In this document: piece after piece, positions 26,201-34,877 of the stretch
How positions within the stretch are numbered: the stretch's first letter is position 1
Layout: each line of letters begins with the position of its first letter
IMG/VR virus record: IMGVR_UViG_3300016467_000657
Coordinates: 5,901-69,900 of that record
DNA: 64,000 bases
Reading direction: 5' to 3' (one strand)
From: a virus
Taxonomy: Duplodnaviria > Caudoviricetes
The notes under the pieces: generated by a model
Databases searched by the model: none
What the model was told of the DNA's origin: nothing
What the model saw: the letters and a program-made list of their open reading frames with translations, nothing else
Translations under genes and position numbers: made by a program

Positions 26201-27172
26201 ATCAAAGAATTTGCTCAAGCTTTTTTCATTTTTGGCGATATAAAAGTTTGTGTCGGAGATGATATCTTCTTCAGTTTTTCCTTCTGTACCAATGGTATCA
26301 AATACTTTTTGAATAAGTGCTCTGATTTGTTGGAAATATGCTGTGGCAGCTTCTGGTTCAAGCTTGTATAGATCTTTCTTGGCACCTCTTACATCCGCAC
26401 TGTATTGATCAGCCTGAACAATCTTGTAAAAGCTACCATCATCAAGTTTCAGCACCACGCCTTCTGTTGTTCCACCAAGAGTTGATGGTATTGCAAGCAT
26501 GGCATCAGAAAACTTGGTCAAAATATCCAATGGATTTTTCCAATCAGCACTCATCATTTTTGGCGCAATTGATGGATACTTTGCTACATTTTCCTTTGTT
26601 ATCTTACCTTGAAAGAAAATAGGAAACGCACTAATTTCCAAAAGATCTGCCATTCTTTTCACACTGTCATAATCTGTGATTTCCTTCTTTGGAACAGTGT
26701 TCAATCCTCCGCCAACAATACGATACGTCACTTCACCATAACTTCTTAAGAACATTCCACCTTTTTGAACATATGTGCGTGTAAGAGTGTCTTTGTTCTG
26801 TGCAAATTCAACACTGAACTCTGTGCTTTTTGGAAAACTGCCCACTTTACTATTGATCTTTTGCAAATGATCAAATATCAAAGCGTACTGGCCAATACCA
26901 ACTGATGATTTTGAAACATCTTGTTTTCCTTGTGGAGTAAGATATCCAAACTCTTTTGGATACAATACAGTGCCTTTGTATGCCACAATCCAATTCTTGG
27001 TGTAATCGGTTGGATTAGTTTCATTAGTGCGAACAAGAGTAAGTTTGGTACCATCAACTTTTTCAGTGGCAATCATTCCTTGACCGAGTATCTCATTGGC
27101 GCGTTTTAAACGCAAAGACTCTGTCTTTGGCTCAAAAACATGCTTTTTGAGATTGGTTATAGAAATGTCCAT
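23270..27172 (-). CDS. 1300-aa multidomain enzyme: RNA-ligase-like adenylation domain + HIGH-family nucleotidyltransferase + two Pol-beta-type nucleotidyltransferase domains
   Basis: TEKVDG (K38), EFSVEF, FPIFFQG, TEGVVLK, FYKIV; KPLHIGH (HIGH at 375-378) and SGTKMR; GSG..YGDID..QVD (622-706); NGSS..FGDID..QVD (990-1084). Confidence 0.8.
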   Translation of the reverse strand: MDISITNLKKHVFEPKTESLRLKRANEILGQGMIATEKVDGTKLTLVRTNETNPTDYTKNWIVAYKGTVLYPKEFGYLTPQGKQDVSKSSVGIGQYALIFDHLQKINSKVGSFPKSTEFSVEFAQNKDTLTRTYVQKGGMFLRSYGEVTYRIVGGGLNTVPKKEITDYDSVKRMADLLEISAFPIFFQGKITKENVAKYPSIAPKMMSADWKNPLDILTKFSDAMLAIPSTLGGTTEGVVLKLDDGSFYKIVQADQYSADVRGAKKDLYKLEPEAATAYFQQIRALIQKVFDTIGTEGKTEEDIISDTNFYIAKNEKSLSKFFDALQKIAGNKKNLVQIKDDIHDTVRLMTAKQELLGSKTKSIALLPIAGKPLHIGHWKLIEKAANENDNVVVYTSTTDRVRKGEFPIYGDDFVQIWSDMLIPSLPKNVKVKFVDSPLRSVMHELGWFEQRLTQDAANVPTINLYSDKEDVETNFKQEDLNKYPELLKAGKIKKIGVERTSTVNVSGTKMREFLQNNDKDSFMKYLPPISSKYKEEIWNTLSSRRPSDLAEINPYSALVEQLIHQVANEILNEGGWRNPETQEWEVTPKTVAKIVEDMNKFLNDFNAWSGLSKLSTKGPTGSGKYYKNDLNDPSVTYGDIDMQLVLPVESNERKDQLEANKIFSDKIREFIKTKKPSYIHDATNDPDFGIGYLIFNVDGKKVQVDLVLSYTVSADWTSVRTTPEKGLKGFVTGMMLSALSDALNVVLGSSTNPYINTVGGKVVSSSIKKDAVQKFLKPNEVFAEIVRFYGEMAGIENPDFSPLLGHMGLDADDPSLKKKCETVVALANTLEKNGIFDAGVITSKDGITIKSRKQFVDRVRTTYIDMMERAKTAKKLEKAQTPSAMRTIEKIKNHADLGIQMANQIIKEHYALLMESGKSIAAVDPKTPKMVDGQPAQATTKLKIVDLQGKDIHSAVSRDIKELVYVLNAKVGFWKKNNPYIENGFIFNGSSQFLMDPNKFGVLSKYKDSFGDIDVIIPKSKLDALTSFLDGIDDNKAEWNPTSQNKLSSKFYYVGRTKSYASIPDQLVTLWYYAPMKQVVQVDFEGDEMFLDPQGYEKPSEWTKFSKDSPWEDLTVGIKGLAGALMLRSLARATTVLPNAVVLTPGAVKKVQSGAVKELTDKEVTKAAQHSVPSSYTLNTGGGGTGIRKAYELVKTMPYNGKMVDAYRFVEAKETKPEDRITDVGRIFEILFKKKASAEERAEFRSYQGLLRLMKKYLDKKTIDIAMNRFTEVLAGEGLGPKEYASVQKATKDILGLSI

Positions 27173-27176
27173 ATGA

Positions 27177-27185
27177 TATAAGTAT
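27177..27185 (-). promoter_or_regulatory. Putative late promoter variant ATACTTATA (1300-aa gene)
   Basis: One mismatch, 4 nt before the ATG at 27172. Confidence 0.5.
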
Positions 27186-27199
27186 ATACCAATGGGTTT

Positions 27200-29332
27200 T
27201 TATATCAATTTTTTGACTTGTTCTAGTACCATTTGGCTGGATATTTCCTTGGAGCACTCAAAGTCTTTGTTCCTTGGACACCAGAACCAATTCGACTTGT
27301 CGAACTTGATGGAAGCATCGTTCCAACATCCATTACACACATTCTTATTTATAACTCTATATGGCGTTTTGAACTCTGCAAATTCTTTACTAAATCCACT
27401 GATCAATACAACATCTTTATCAACCGCCCAAGCCAACCAAGATAGTCCAGATCCAAGACCAATGAAGAATTTAGCCCCTGCCAATTGAGCCATACGCTCT
27501 TCCAAACTAGCATCTCCGGTTTTATCGACACATCCATCTGGTATATAATTCATTTGACCGCCAACCCCAAAGCTACTGTATCTATCTATACACCATACTT
27601 CGTAACCTTGACTCTTTAGATATTTGACAACGCTATTCCATCCTTCTTTGTTGTTCCAATACTTTGCTTGGCAGGTGCTTTGAACAGCAATGCATACATA
27701 TTTCTTGTTATTTTTGTATTTAGTTTTGTTGACCGATATTTTTGGCTTATATTCAATATCGGTGATGCCCAAGATGCCATTTGCAATGCTACAAAGATTG
27801 GTCAACCTATAATCTGTAGGAGAATAGTTGCGAGCGTGTTCTCCTTCAAAGCATCCAATCTTGTATTTTGCATAATATGGATCTGCATACACATCAATCG
27901 GCAAGAATTTGATATTTGAATAATTTTTCTCGAAAATTGCACGCAAAAACTTATTGAACACCACACAATCAACTTTGCAATCGTGCCTCTTTTGGAATTC
28001 ATCGACGGATCCTATCCATGCAAGTAGATCACCCAAGCTCTCACTGTCCAAAATGATTTTTACCTTTTTACCTGCAAAATTTGTTTCCTCCGTCAACACA
28101 TGCTCCTCATATCCGTCGGTAATGTCGTAAACTTCAACTTTCCACTTGTTGTAATATTTGATATTCGTTGCGGACCACATGTTGTTGTTCAACTCGGATT
28201 GATATAAAACCATGTTGGTGTTACCGTCGATGAATTTTACTCTGTACTTTTTGTCAACTGGACCTTGAATATCAACTTTTGCACCGTCTTCAAAAGATAT
28301 TCTTATGTTGTTGCTTGGCTGCTTTGGTTCTTTGTATGTTATTACTGAAGAATCATAACCTGCCAATATTTGATTTGCAAAAATACGTTCACGATACTCG
28401 CTGTATATCTTCACCAAATCATACACTCGGCTGACATATGAATTGTTAAATGCATTTTTTAATGCATCCTTTCTCAGCGATTCATAATTGTCGCGCGCTT
28501 TTTTGATAGCTGCTACTGCGGAATCAAGTTTTCGTTCACACACAATCATTCCCATGTAGCTTGGTTCCTCAAATGTTCCCACCACAGGCAAACCGCTCGC
28601 CATAGCTTCAAGCAAGGTAAGATTTGGATGACCCGCTTCAAGTTCAGAGAAATGAAGAAACAGATCATGTTCCTTGTATAGGCTTGTCAGCCATTTTTCA
28701 TCAAGATCATACAACTTGGTCAACCCCGCATAATTGTTCAATTCGGGATCGAGTGTTTTGAAGAAATTATCATTGTTTCTTGGTCCAGCGATAGTAAGAC
28801 GCATGCCAAGTTCTTTTGCCGCCTGAATAGCCAATCCAAATCCTTTTCTGTCCACGCTTTGATTATATGCATACCCATTATTCGCAACGCATAATAGCTT
28901 CAGTGGAGAATGTACTTGGCGATCAGTATAATTGAATGTATCCGAATTGACCGCGTGACTGAAATAGCGAAGTTTCTTGCTGCCGAAATATGGTATAAGA
29001 TATTTGCAAGGAGAAAGAGAAATCACACTGTTTTCTATCGCCTGTAAATTTTGCTTATATAGATCAGAGTCTTTTCCATACAAAAATGCATGATGATCGT
29101 GGATGGTAAAGATGTATGGAATTCCTCTTTGGTACAATTCATTGGCAAGATTTGCAACGTGTACATGAACAACACAACTTTCATCATATTGGACATCGTT
29201 GAGATATTTGATCTCACTGTGTATGCCCAACTTTTGCAATTGTGTGTGATAATCCCAAATTATCTTTTCGACGGCACCCCAACCATTTGGGGGAATAGGA
29301 AGCAGTCCCGGTGTTATATTGATTACTTTCAT
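27200..29332 (-). CDS. GT4-family glycosyltransferase fused to an Aah/TibC-type (autotransporter) heptosyltransferase
   Basis: N-terminal EAGHPNLTLLEAMASG; C-terminal SESLGDLLAW, FIGLGSGLSWLAW, VVLISGFS..EF.TPYRV and the Cys motif CNGCW..WCP..EC. Confidence 0.85.
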   Translation of the reverse strand: MKVINITPGLLPIPPNGWGAVEKIIWDYHTQLQKLGIHSEIKYLNDVQYDESCVVHVHVANLANELYQRGIPYIFTIHDHHAFLYGKDSDLYKQNLQAIENSVISLSPCKYLIPYFGSKKLRYFSHAVNSDTFNYTDRQVHSPLKLLCVANNGYAYNQSVDRKGFGLAIQAAKELGMRLTIAGPRNNDNFFKTLDPELNNYAGLTKLYDLDEKWLTSLYKEHDLFLHFSELEAGHPNLTLLEAMASGLPVVGTFEEPSYMGMIVCERKLDSAVAAIKKARDNYESLRKDALKNAFNNSYVSRVYDLVKIYSEYRERIFANQILAGYDSSVITYKEPKQPSNNIRISFEDGAKVDIQGPVDKKYRVKFIDGNTNMVLYQSELNNNMWSATNIKYYNKWKVEVYDITDGYEEHVLTEETNFAGKKVKIILDSESLGDLLAWIGSVDEFQKRHDCKVDCVVFNKFLRAIFEKNYSNIKFLPIDVYADPYYAKYKIGCFEGEHARNYSPTDYRLTNLCSIANGILGITDIEYKPKISVNKTKYKNNKKYVCIAVQSTCQAKYWNNKEGWNSVVKYLKSQGYEVWCIDRYSSFGVGGQMNYIPDGCVDKTGDASLEERMAQLAGAKFFIGLGSGLSWLAWAVDKDVVLISGFSKEFAEFKTPYRVINKNVCNGCWNDASIKFDKSNWFWCPRNKDFECSKEISSQMVLEQVKKLI

Positions 29333-30366
29333 GTTTTTATTACAATTTTTCCTTGTGGGATATATTTTTGCTTGGAGTTGTGGTAAAAATCCAATTTTTG
29401 CGACTTGTACAATTCTCCAGCTTCTGTATAGAATTCGGAAAGATATATTCCTTCTTTTTCCAACTTTAAAGCAGGATGTATAGATGACGAAAAACGTTTC
29501 TCGTATAACAATTCATTTTCTAATTTTATTTTTACAGTAAAATCTATCTTATTGGTATTTGATACAATTATATAGTAACCATCATTTTGGTTTGATAGTA
29601 TAAAAGCGTATACATCAGCCATGCTGCTTATATTTTTATTTTCAGAATTGAAATAATCTACAAACTTCGATTCTACTGTGGATAGTTTGTATTTAGTTTC
29701 GGGCAGCATTTCATAAAAGAAATGCTCAAGACTGGGTGGATACTTAAATGTGAACTTTTCATTGAACGAGTTCAAATCGTTTGGAAAATATGAATTTAAT
29801 GCAATCAGTGCCGAAATGGTATTGCCACAGAAAAATATTGTTTCGAAGTATTTGTAAGATTCATGATCTTTCCCAGAAAATAAGAAAAAATCATTTTTTG
29901 AATGCTCCAAATCCTTCAATATTTCATCGATTTTTTGCATATCTTGGTCATCGTATATGTTATCAAATTCGGTGAAACAAAACGTGTTATATTTGTTTTG
30001 CACCGCCAGACTCAAAGAATTTTTCATCGATCTGACAATCGGATACTCGTGCCCCGTTCCTTTGGATAGTGGAGGAACAAAATTAACTACCATGTCATAT
30101 TCTGGGTAGTTTGCCCAAAAATATAAAGTTGGATTCTTATTGTTGAATGAATTATTGTCATCGTATATAAAATAATTTAACGATTTCACTATATCCTCTG
30201 GCACGAAAATATGTGACACGAGCATTACATGATAATTTTTTCGCTTAAAACTATCTATACACTTTCTCAAGATATCAAGTCGTTCCTTCGTGTGTGCGTA
30301 TGAATCTATGATTATTATCCTAGAATCATTTGTCGCAACCGCGTTGCTTATGTTCGTTATTTCCAT
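29329..30366 (-). CDS. Putative GT-A-like glycosyltransferase (paralogue of 30413-31399)
   Basis: Shares DSY..IL..LVSH..YD..N..YFWANYP..FTEFDN with its neighbour; lies in the GT cluster. Confidence 0.5.
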   Translation of the reverse strand: MEITNISNAVATNDSRIIIIDSYAHTKERLDILRKCIDSFKRKNYHVMLVSHIFVPEDIVKSLNYFIYDDNNSFNNKNPTLYFWANYPEYDMVVNFVPPLSKGTGHEYPIVRSMKNSLSLAVQNKYNTFCFTEFDNIYDDQDMQKIDEILKDLEHSKNDFFLFSGKDHESYKYFETIFFCGNTISALIALNSYFPNDLNSFNEKFTFKYPPSLEHFFYEMLPETKYKLSTVESKFVDYFNSENKNISSMADVYAFILSNQNDGYYIIVSNTNKIDFTVKIKLENELLYEKRFSSSIHPALKLEKEGIYLSEFYTEAGELYKSQKLDFYHNSKQKYIPQGKIVIKT

Positions 30367-30412
30367 ATTAATTTCTTTATCGGGTATACATGATCGTGAA
30401 ATGTCATGATTT

Positions 30413-31399
30413 TTATTTTAGAGTCGCAAAGTCTTTATTATTTTCACTTAATATTGATCTTTTGTCAAACACATAACTGTGTCCGTTGCTGAATTTTATA
30501 CAAAATATTTCATTTTTTGGATCTATTGGAACAACGGTACCATGTTTTCCTGTGGGCAACACAGTTATCAAATCACCATCCAAATAAACGCTTGTAGGCT
30601 CTTCAAACTGTTTTGATTCACTGGTCAAGTAACAAAGCGCCAAAGGTTTGTCTGAATTCTTTAGCCGCACCACATCCAAACAATATGACCTATCTATAAG
30701 CACTTTTCCATTTGCAAATGCGTTCACACTCAACTTGCTTGTATCAAAATAATCCGAGATTTCAATTTCAATAGAGTGTATTTTATCAAAGGCATTTTTG
30801 TTTTCTACACTTTTGAACATGAAATTTTCCAAGATGCCATAACTTCCAATCGCATCACAGTGCTTTTCGTATTCATCCATCGATTTTGCAAAATAGAATG
30901 TTTCCTTGAAAAAACTCATTTTTGAATAAAATACCAATGATGCCAAGAATCCGGGATACTTGAAATACAATGCATCTTTTTTATTTGATTTGCAAATTTC
31001 TGGAAACGCTTTCAGCTTCAAAACATCAACATCGGACAATAGGCAATCACCTTCCATGTATATGAAATCATCATAATAATCTTCCATCAAATGCACCGCG
31101 TTCATAAGCTGACGATACACGCCATATGCATTGCTTTTGTTCTGATGCAATTGAAAATAGAATTGTGGATAATCTGCCCAAAAATATACCGCGTTTTTAA
31201 ATGAAACTATGTCATTCTTGTAATCGTAGACATAATACTGAATTAGGCTCTGTATATCTTTGCTGGTTGGGCAATGTGTTGCGAGAAGAATATCAAAATG
31301 ATCACGCAAAGGTGCCAATGCAGTCTTTAATATTTCCTCTCCCTCTTGAGTCGATGGATAAGATCCAATGACCAATAATGATTTTTTATTATGTTCCAT
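30413..31399 (-). CDS. Putative GT-A-like glycosyltransferase (paralogue of 29329-30366)
   Basis: GSY..IL..LATH..YD..N..YFWADYP..YMEGDC. Confidence 0.5.
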   Translation of the reverse strand: MEHNKKSLLVIGSYPSTQEGEEILKTALAPLRDHFDILLATHCPTSKDIQSLIQYYVYDYKNDIVSFKNAVYFWADYPQFYFQLHQNKSNAYGVYRQLMNAVHLMEDYYDDFIYMEGDCLLSDVDVLKLKAFPEICKSNKKDALYFKYPGFLASLVFYSKMSFFKETFYFAKSMDEYEKHCDAIGSYGILENFMFKSVENKNAFDKIHSIEIEISDYFDTSKLSVNAFANGKVLIDRSYCLDVVRLKNSDKPLALCYLTSESKQFEEPTSVYLDGDLITVLPTGKHGTVVPIDPKNEIFCIKFSNGHSYVFDKRSILSENNKDFATLK

Positions 31400-32220
31400 T
31401 ATTTTTCAAGTATATATTTTAAAGCAACTTCCATGTAAGCTTTTTCCTTGAAGCCGTGATACATTATCACTTGTTCGGAGTCATAGATATATTCCCAATC
31501 GCTTCCCGTTGCGTCCAAATTCATACCAAATCGTTTGTTTTTGATTACGGTGGATTCTACAACCTTGACTAATTCGGGGTTATGTGTATTTAAAAATGCA
31601 TAACCAAGGCTTTGGGTCGCATTGCGCTTGAACAAGCATATATTGAATGAGGTTTCGTCGTGGAAGGGAAAATAGTGCTTTCTTCTGGCAATTAAGTATT
31701 CATTTTTGCAAAAAGATGTGTATTCTTCTATGAAATCTCGGCACTTTCTATTGAATGCATATACGCACGACCAAACATATATCATACTGCGCTGCTTAAC
31801 TCCCAAATAATCCATGAGCTTTGTTTCGTTGTATATGATCTGCTCGCCATTTATTATTTCATAAATGAACGGATATTCATGTGGTCCAAAACTAGCCAAC
31901 GGATAATCGTAGTTATGTTCTAGTAGCGCCGGATTGAATCTGCGGGAAAACAGCACATCTGTATCCGTAAAGATAAAATGTTCTTCATTTGGAAACAAAT
32001 CCATCGTAAGCAATGAAAGCTCCGCCTTGTAATAATGAAATGTTGGATAATCTTTATATCCAATCTTTATCTTGTGTAGATTTTTTGCTTCAAACGAGGA
32101 ATTGAATCCGACGGTGTAATATACAATTTTGTCCGTTTCTCTCAATCTCGGTAACATCGACCGTATGCATGAAACTGCTTGATATTCGCAATTTCGATCT
32201 GTGTACATGAATATAACCAT
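31399..32220 (-). CDS. GT-A fold glycosyltransferase (GT8-like)
   Basis: HYYKAEL..FIFTDTDVL (DxD), YPFHDETSFN, MYHG.K. Confidence 0.65.
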   Translation of the reverse strand: MVIFMYTDRNCEYQAVSCIRSMLPRLRETDKIVYYTVGFNSSFEAKNLHKIKIGYKDYPTFHYYKAELSLLTMDLFPNEEHFIFTDTDVLFSRRFNPALLEHNYDYPLASFGPHEYPFIYEIINGEQIIYNETKLMDYLGVKQRSMIYVWSCVYAFNRKCRDFIEEYTSFCKNEYLIARRKHYFPFHDETSFNICLFKRNATQSLGYAFLNTHNPELVKVVESTVIKNKRFGMNLDATGSDWEYIYDSEQVIMYHGFKEKAYMEVALKYILEK

Positions 32221-32229
32221 AAATTTATC

Positions 32230-34836
32230 TCACTTTCTGTATGCGAATATACACTCGCTGCGACCTTCATATTTTTCTGGGTTGGTTAAAACATCTTCTT
32301 CCACTGTATAACCCGCATTTTTAAGCTTTGATATCAAAGCTAGGCAATTATCTCTGTAGTTTTTAGTGAAGAAATGGCATTCGATGAATAGGTTGTTTAT
32401 GTTGGCAAAAAGCGAAGGATCCAATTTTTCGATCACATCATACTCCGCTCCTTCAATGTCTATCTTCAATAAGTCTATTGTGCCCAATTCATCAACCAGA
32501 TCTTTTATTGTCACCGTTTCAAGCGTCATTGCCACATTATTTAACACTCCTGCACCATGATGTTTTATTTCAGAAGGTGCAAGCGTGGTGCTTATAACTG
32601 GATTATCCGGGCAATGATAGAATGTAATTGGCTCGTTGCTATGGCTCAATGCCTTGTCTATTATTGTTACATTGTCGTTGAATTCATAATTTCTCCTCAA
32701 GTCTGAAAGAGCTACTTTGTCGCATTCCACCGCAATGATTTTCTTGGCGAATTTGTTCCGTATGAGATACTCAACAAATACCCCAATGTTTGCTCCCACA
32801 TCAACCGCGTTGTTGAATTTCTTGCCGTCAAACCATTTTGCATATTTCTTCAAAATAAAATATTCCGTATAATTTAAGGAGTATGGAATTCTTATGCTCA
32901 AATTTGTATATGGCATGTTCACAAACTTATGATGGAAAGGTTTTTCGTAAATCTGTTCTTCTGTGTCCTTATTGTATATGCACAGCTTTATTCCAGAATA
33001 ATATTCACAAGTGGAATAGTCCTTCACACTCTTGGAGACTGGAATCATCCAAAATTCGCAATTAGCTGGAAACGACTGATATTCACATGACCACAAGACG
33101 GCGTTTGATTGATATTCGCGAAGCGAAACTGTGATAGGAAAGCCGATATTCTTGTTGCATGAATAATACACTTTCTGTTCGTTCATATCCCATCGTGAAT
33201 TAAATTCATACTTGTCAATAAGCCTTGATCTTGTCGCGTATATATAACTCTGCCAAGGTGTGGCACGAACGTTGATATCAAATCCTTTACTTCTTAGCTT
33301 TTCACAAAAATTGTCTACTTTCTTTAGATCATGATGTTCAATAAACATCTTTTTTATTTTCAACAACTCCTCGTAGCCGAGATTATCGAATATATTTTCC
33401 TCAAATCCTTCAATATCGACCTTCAGATAATCTATTGGGTTTCCTACCATTTGCAAAATCTCTCTCAGACTTACCGTGGTGACTTTATACTTTGGTCCAA
33501 CATTCACATGGTTGTGCGGCCAATGATATAGTTCAATTTCAGATACCTTGGTATCTATTGCATTAGTATATACTTTTGCGCTAGGAACATTTTTCCTCAA
33601 TAGCTCGGCCATTTTTGGATCTGGCTCGAATGCGTGTATTTCGGCTGCACCACGTTGAGCGGCATATTTGGAAGAAATTCCTATGTTGGCTCCAAGATCG
33701 ACAAATACATCCCCTTGTTCAACCTTCATACCAAATCCATCCAGTTCTTTTTGGATGAACGTTGCCAAATACATAGATGCCGCATCTCCAAGCCTGATGG
33801 CAGTTTCTTCCATGCTGTTTGGATATTCATAAGAAGCAAGATCTTTCTCACCTTGCAATGTGTAAAATATTTCTGCGTTTTGTTTCATGTTTAACATTTT
33901 TAAAATTTTATTTGCGTTGTTTTCCTTAGATTCAAAATCCAGATATGTGATATTCGTATATTTGTCATACATTCCCATGTAAACTGGAAGATTGTATATC
34001 AGAGATGGAATGTTGTATGATATTGCCTCTCGTATCACAAGTGGACTTGTTTCCTTGTCCGTGACAGTTCCTCTGGATGTGAACAGAAACAAATCAGCGG
34101 CTTGATAAAAATTATCAACGTCCTTTCGTTCATTCCACCATTTGCAATTCGATGGAAAATCCTTCATTATGGGTTCCCAATAACTTCTGAAATTATCCGC
34201 TTGATTTCCTATGAAGTGAAATTGTATGGGATGATTTTTGAGCATTTTCGCATACTCTACAATTTCCGCTTGGTTTTTTCTTGATGTAAACAAACCGACA
34301 TTAATGACATGTTTTTTAGATGGATCTAATCCAAGCACTTTCAATGCATCTTCTCTGTTCTTTTTAGGGGTTATTGTTATGGGATATTCGCAAACTTCGC
34401 TGGGAATACCCAATACTTTCATCTGTTCCATCTGATATTTGCTGACAAACATGAAATGATCTGGAAAATAACATTTTCCATTGGGATCAAAGCTACTGTC
34501 GTGGGACGTTTCGATTATTTTGTATTTTCTGTTTTTGGTATAAAGTTTATCCGCAATATTTTTCTCCAAAAAATATTCTGGAAGCTCTTCCAAATGAATT
34601 ACGTCTGGTTTGACCTCGTTGACGATATCAAGTATTTTTTCTCGGTTGTAATTCACCTCATGCAGTCTTTTCCCAAGAATTTCGCGTATTTGATTCTTCT
34701 GCACTGTAAATGATCCATGATCGGCGTGCTCAATGCAATGTACTTCATGCTCCCCATACAGCAATTGGATTTTCTTCAAAAGAAACTGCGGACATCCGCC
34801 CGTTGAAAGGTGAGGAGTAATATAAACTATTTTCAT
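32230..34836 (-). CDS. GT4-family glycosyltransferase fused to two FkbM-family methyltransferase domains
   Basis: HLSTGGCP, NVGLFT.RKN, KETSPLVIREA; VDLGANIG..AFEP..LKVDIEGFE; VDVGANIG..AVEC..LKIDIEGAE. Confidence 0.85.
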   Translation of the reverse strand: MKIVYITPHLSTGGCPQFLLKKIQLLYGEHEVHCIEHADHGSFTVQKNQIREILGKRLHEVNYNREKILDIVNEVKPDVIHLEELPEYFLEKNIADKLYTKNRKYKIIETSHDSSFDPNGKCYFPDHFMFVSKYQMEQMKVLGIPSEVCEYPITITPKKNREDALKVLGLDPSKKHVINVGLFTSRKNQAEIVEYAKMLKNHPIQFHFIGNQADNFRSYWEPIMKDFPSNCKWWNERKDVDNFYQAADLFLFTSRGTVTDKETSPLVIREAISYNIPSLIYNLPVYMGMYDKYTNITYLDFESKENNANKILKMLNMKQNAEIFYTLQGEKDLASYEYPNSMEETAIRLGDAASMYLATFIQKELDGFGMKVEQGDVFVDLGANIGISSKYAAQRGAAEIHAFEPDPKMAELLRKNVPSAKVYTNAIDTKVSEIELYHWPHNHVNVGPKYKVTTVSLREILQMVGNPIDYLKVDIEGFEENIFDNLGYEELLKIKKMFIEHHDLKKVDNFCEKLRSKGFDINVRATPWQSYIYATRSRLIDKYEFNSRWDMNEQKVYYSCNKNIGFPITVSLREYQSNAVLWSCEYQSFPANCEFWMIPVSKSVKDYSTCEYYSGIKLCIYNKDTEEQIYEKPFHHKFVNMPYTNLSIRIPYSLNYTEYFILKKYAKWFDGKKFNNAVDVGANIGVFVEYLIRNKFAKKIIAVECDKVALSDLRRNYEFNDNVTIIDKALSHSNEPITFYHCPDNPVISTTLAPSEIKHHGAGVLNNVAMTLETVTIKDLVDELGTIDLLKIDIEGAEYDVIEKLDPSLFANINNLFIECHFFTKNYRDNCLALISKLKNAGYTVEEDVLTNPEKYEGRSECIFAYRK

Positions 34837-34844
34837 ACTATGCT

Positions 34845-34872
34845 ATGCTATAACATTTTAAATATCTGTCAA
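34845..34872 (-). promoter_or_regulatory. Sigma70-like promoter TTGACA-N16-TAGCAT upstream of the glycosyltransferase cluster
   Basis: Consensus -35 and a TAnnnT -10 just upstream of the ATG at 34836. Confidence 0.5.
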
Positions 34873-34877
34873 ATAAA

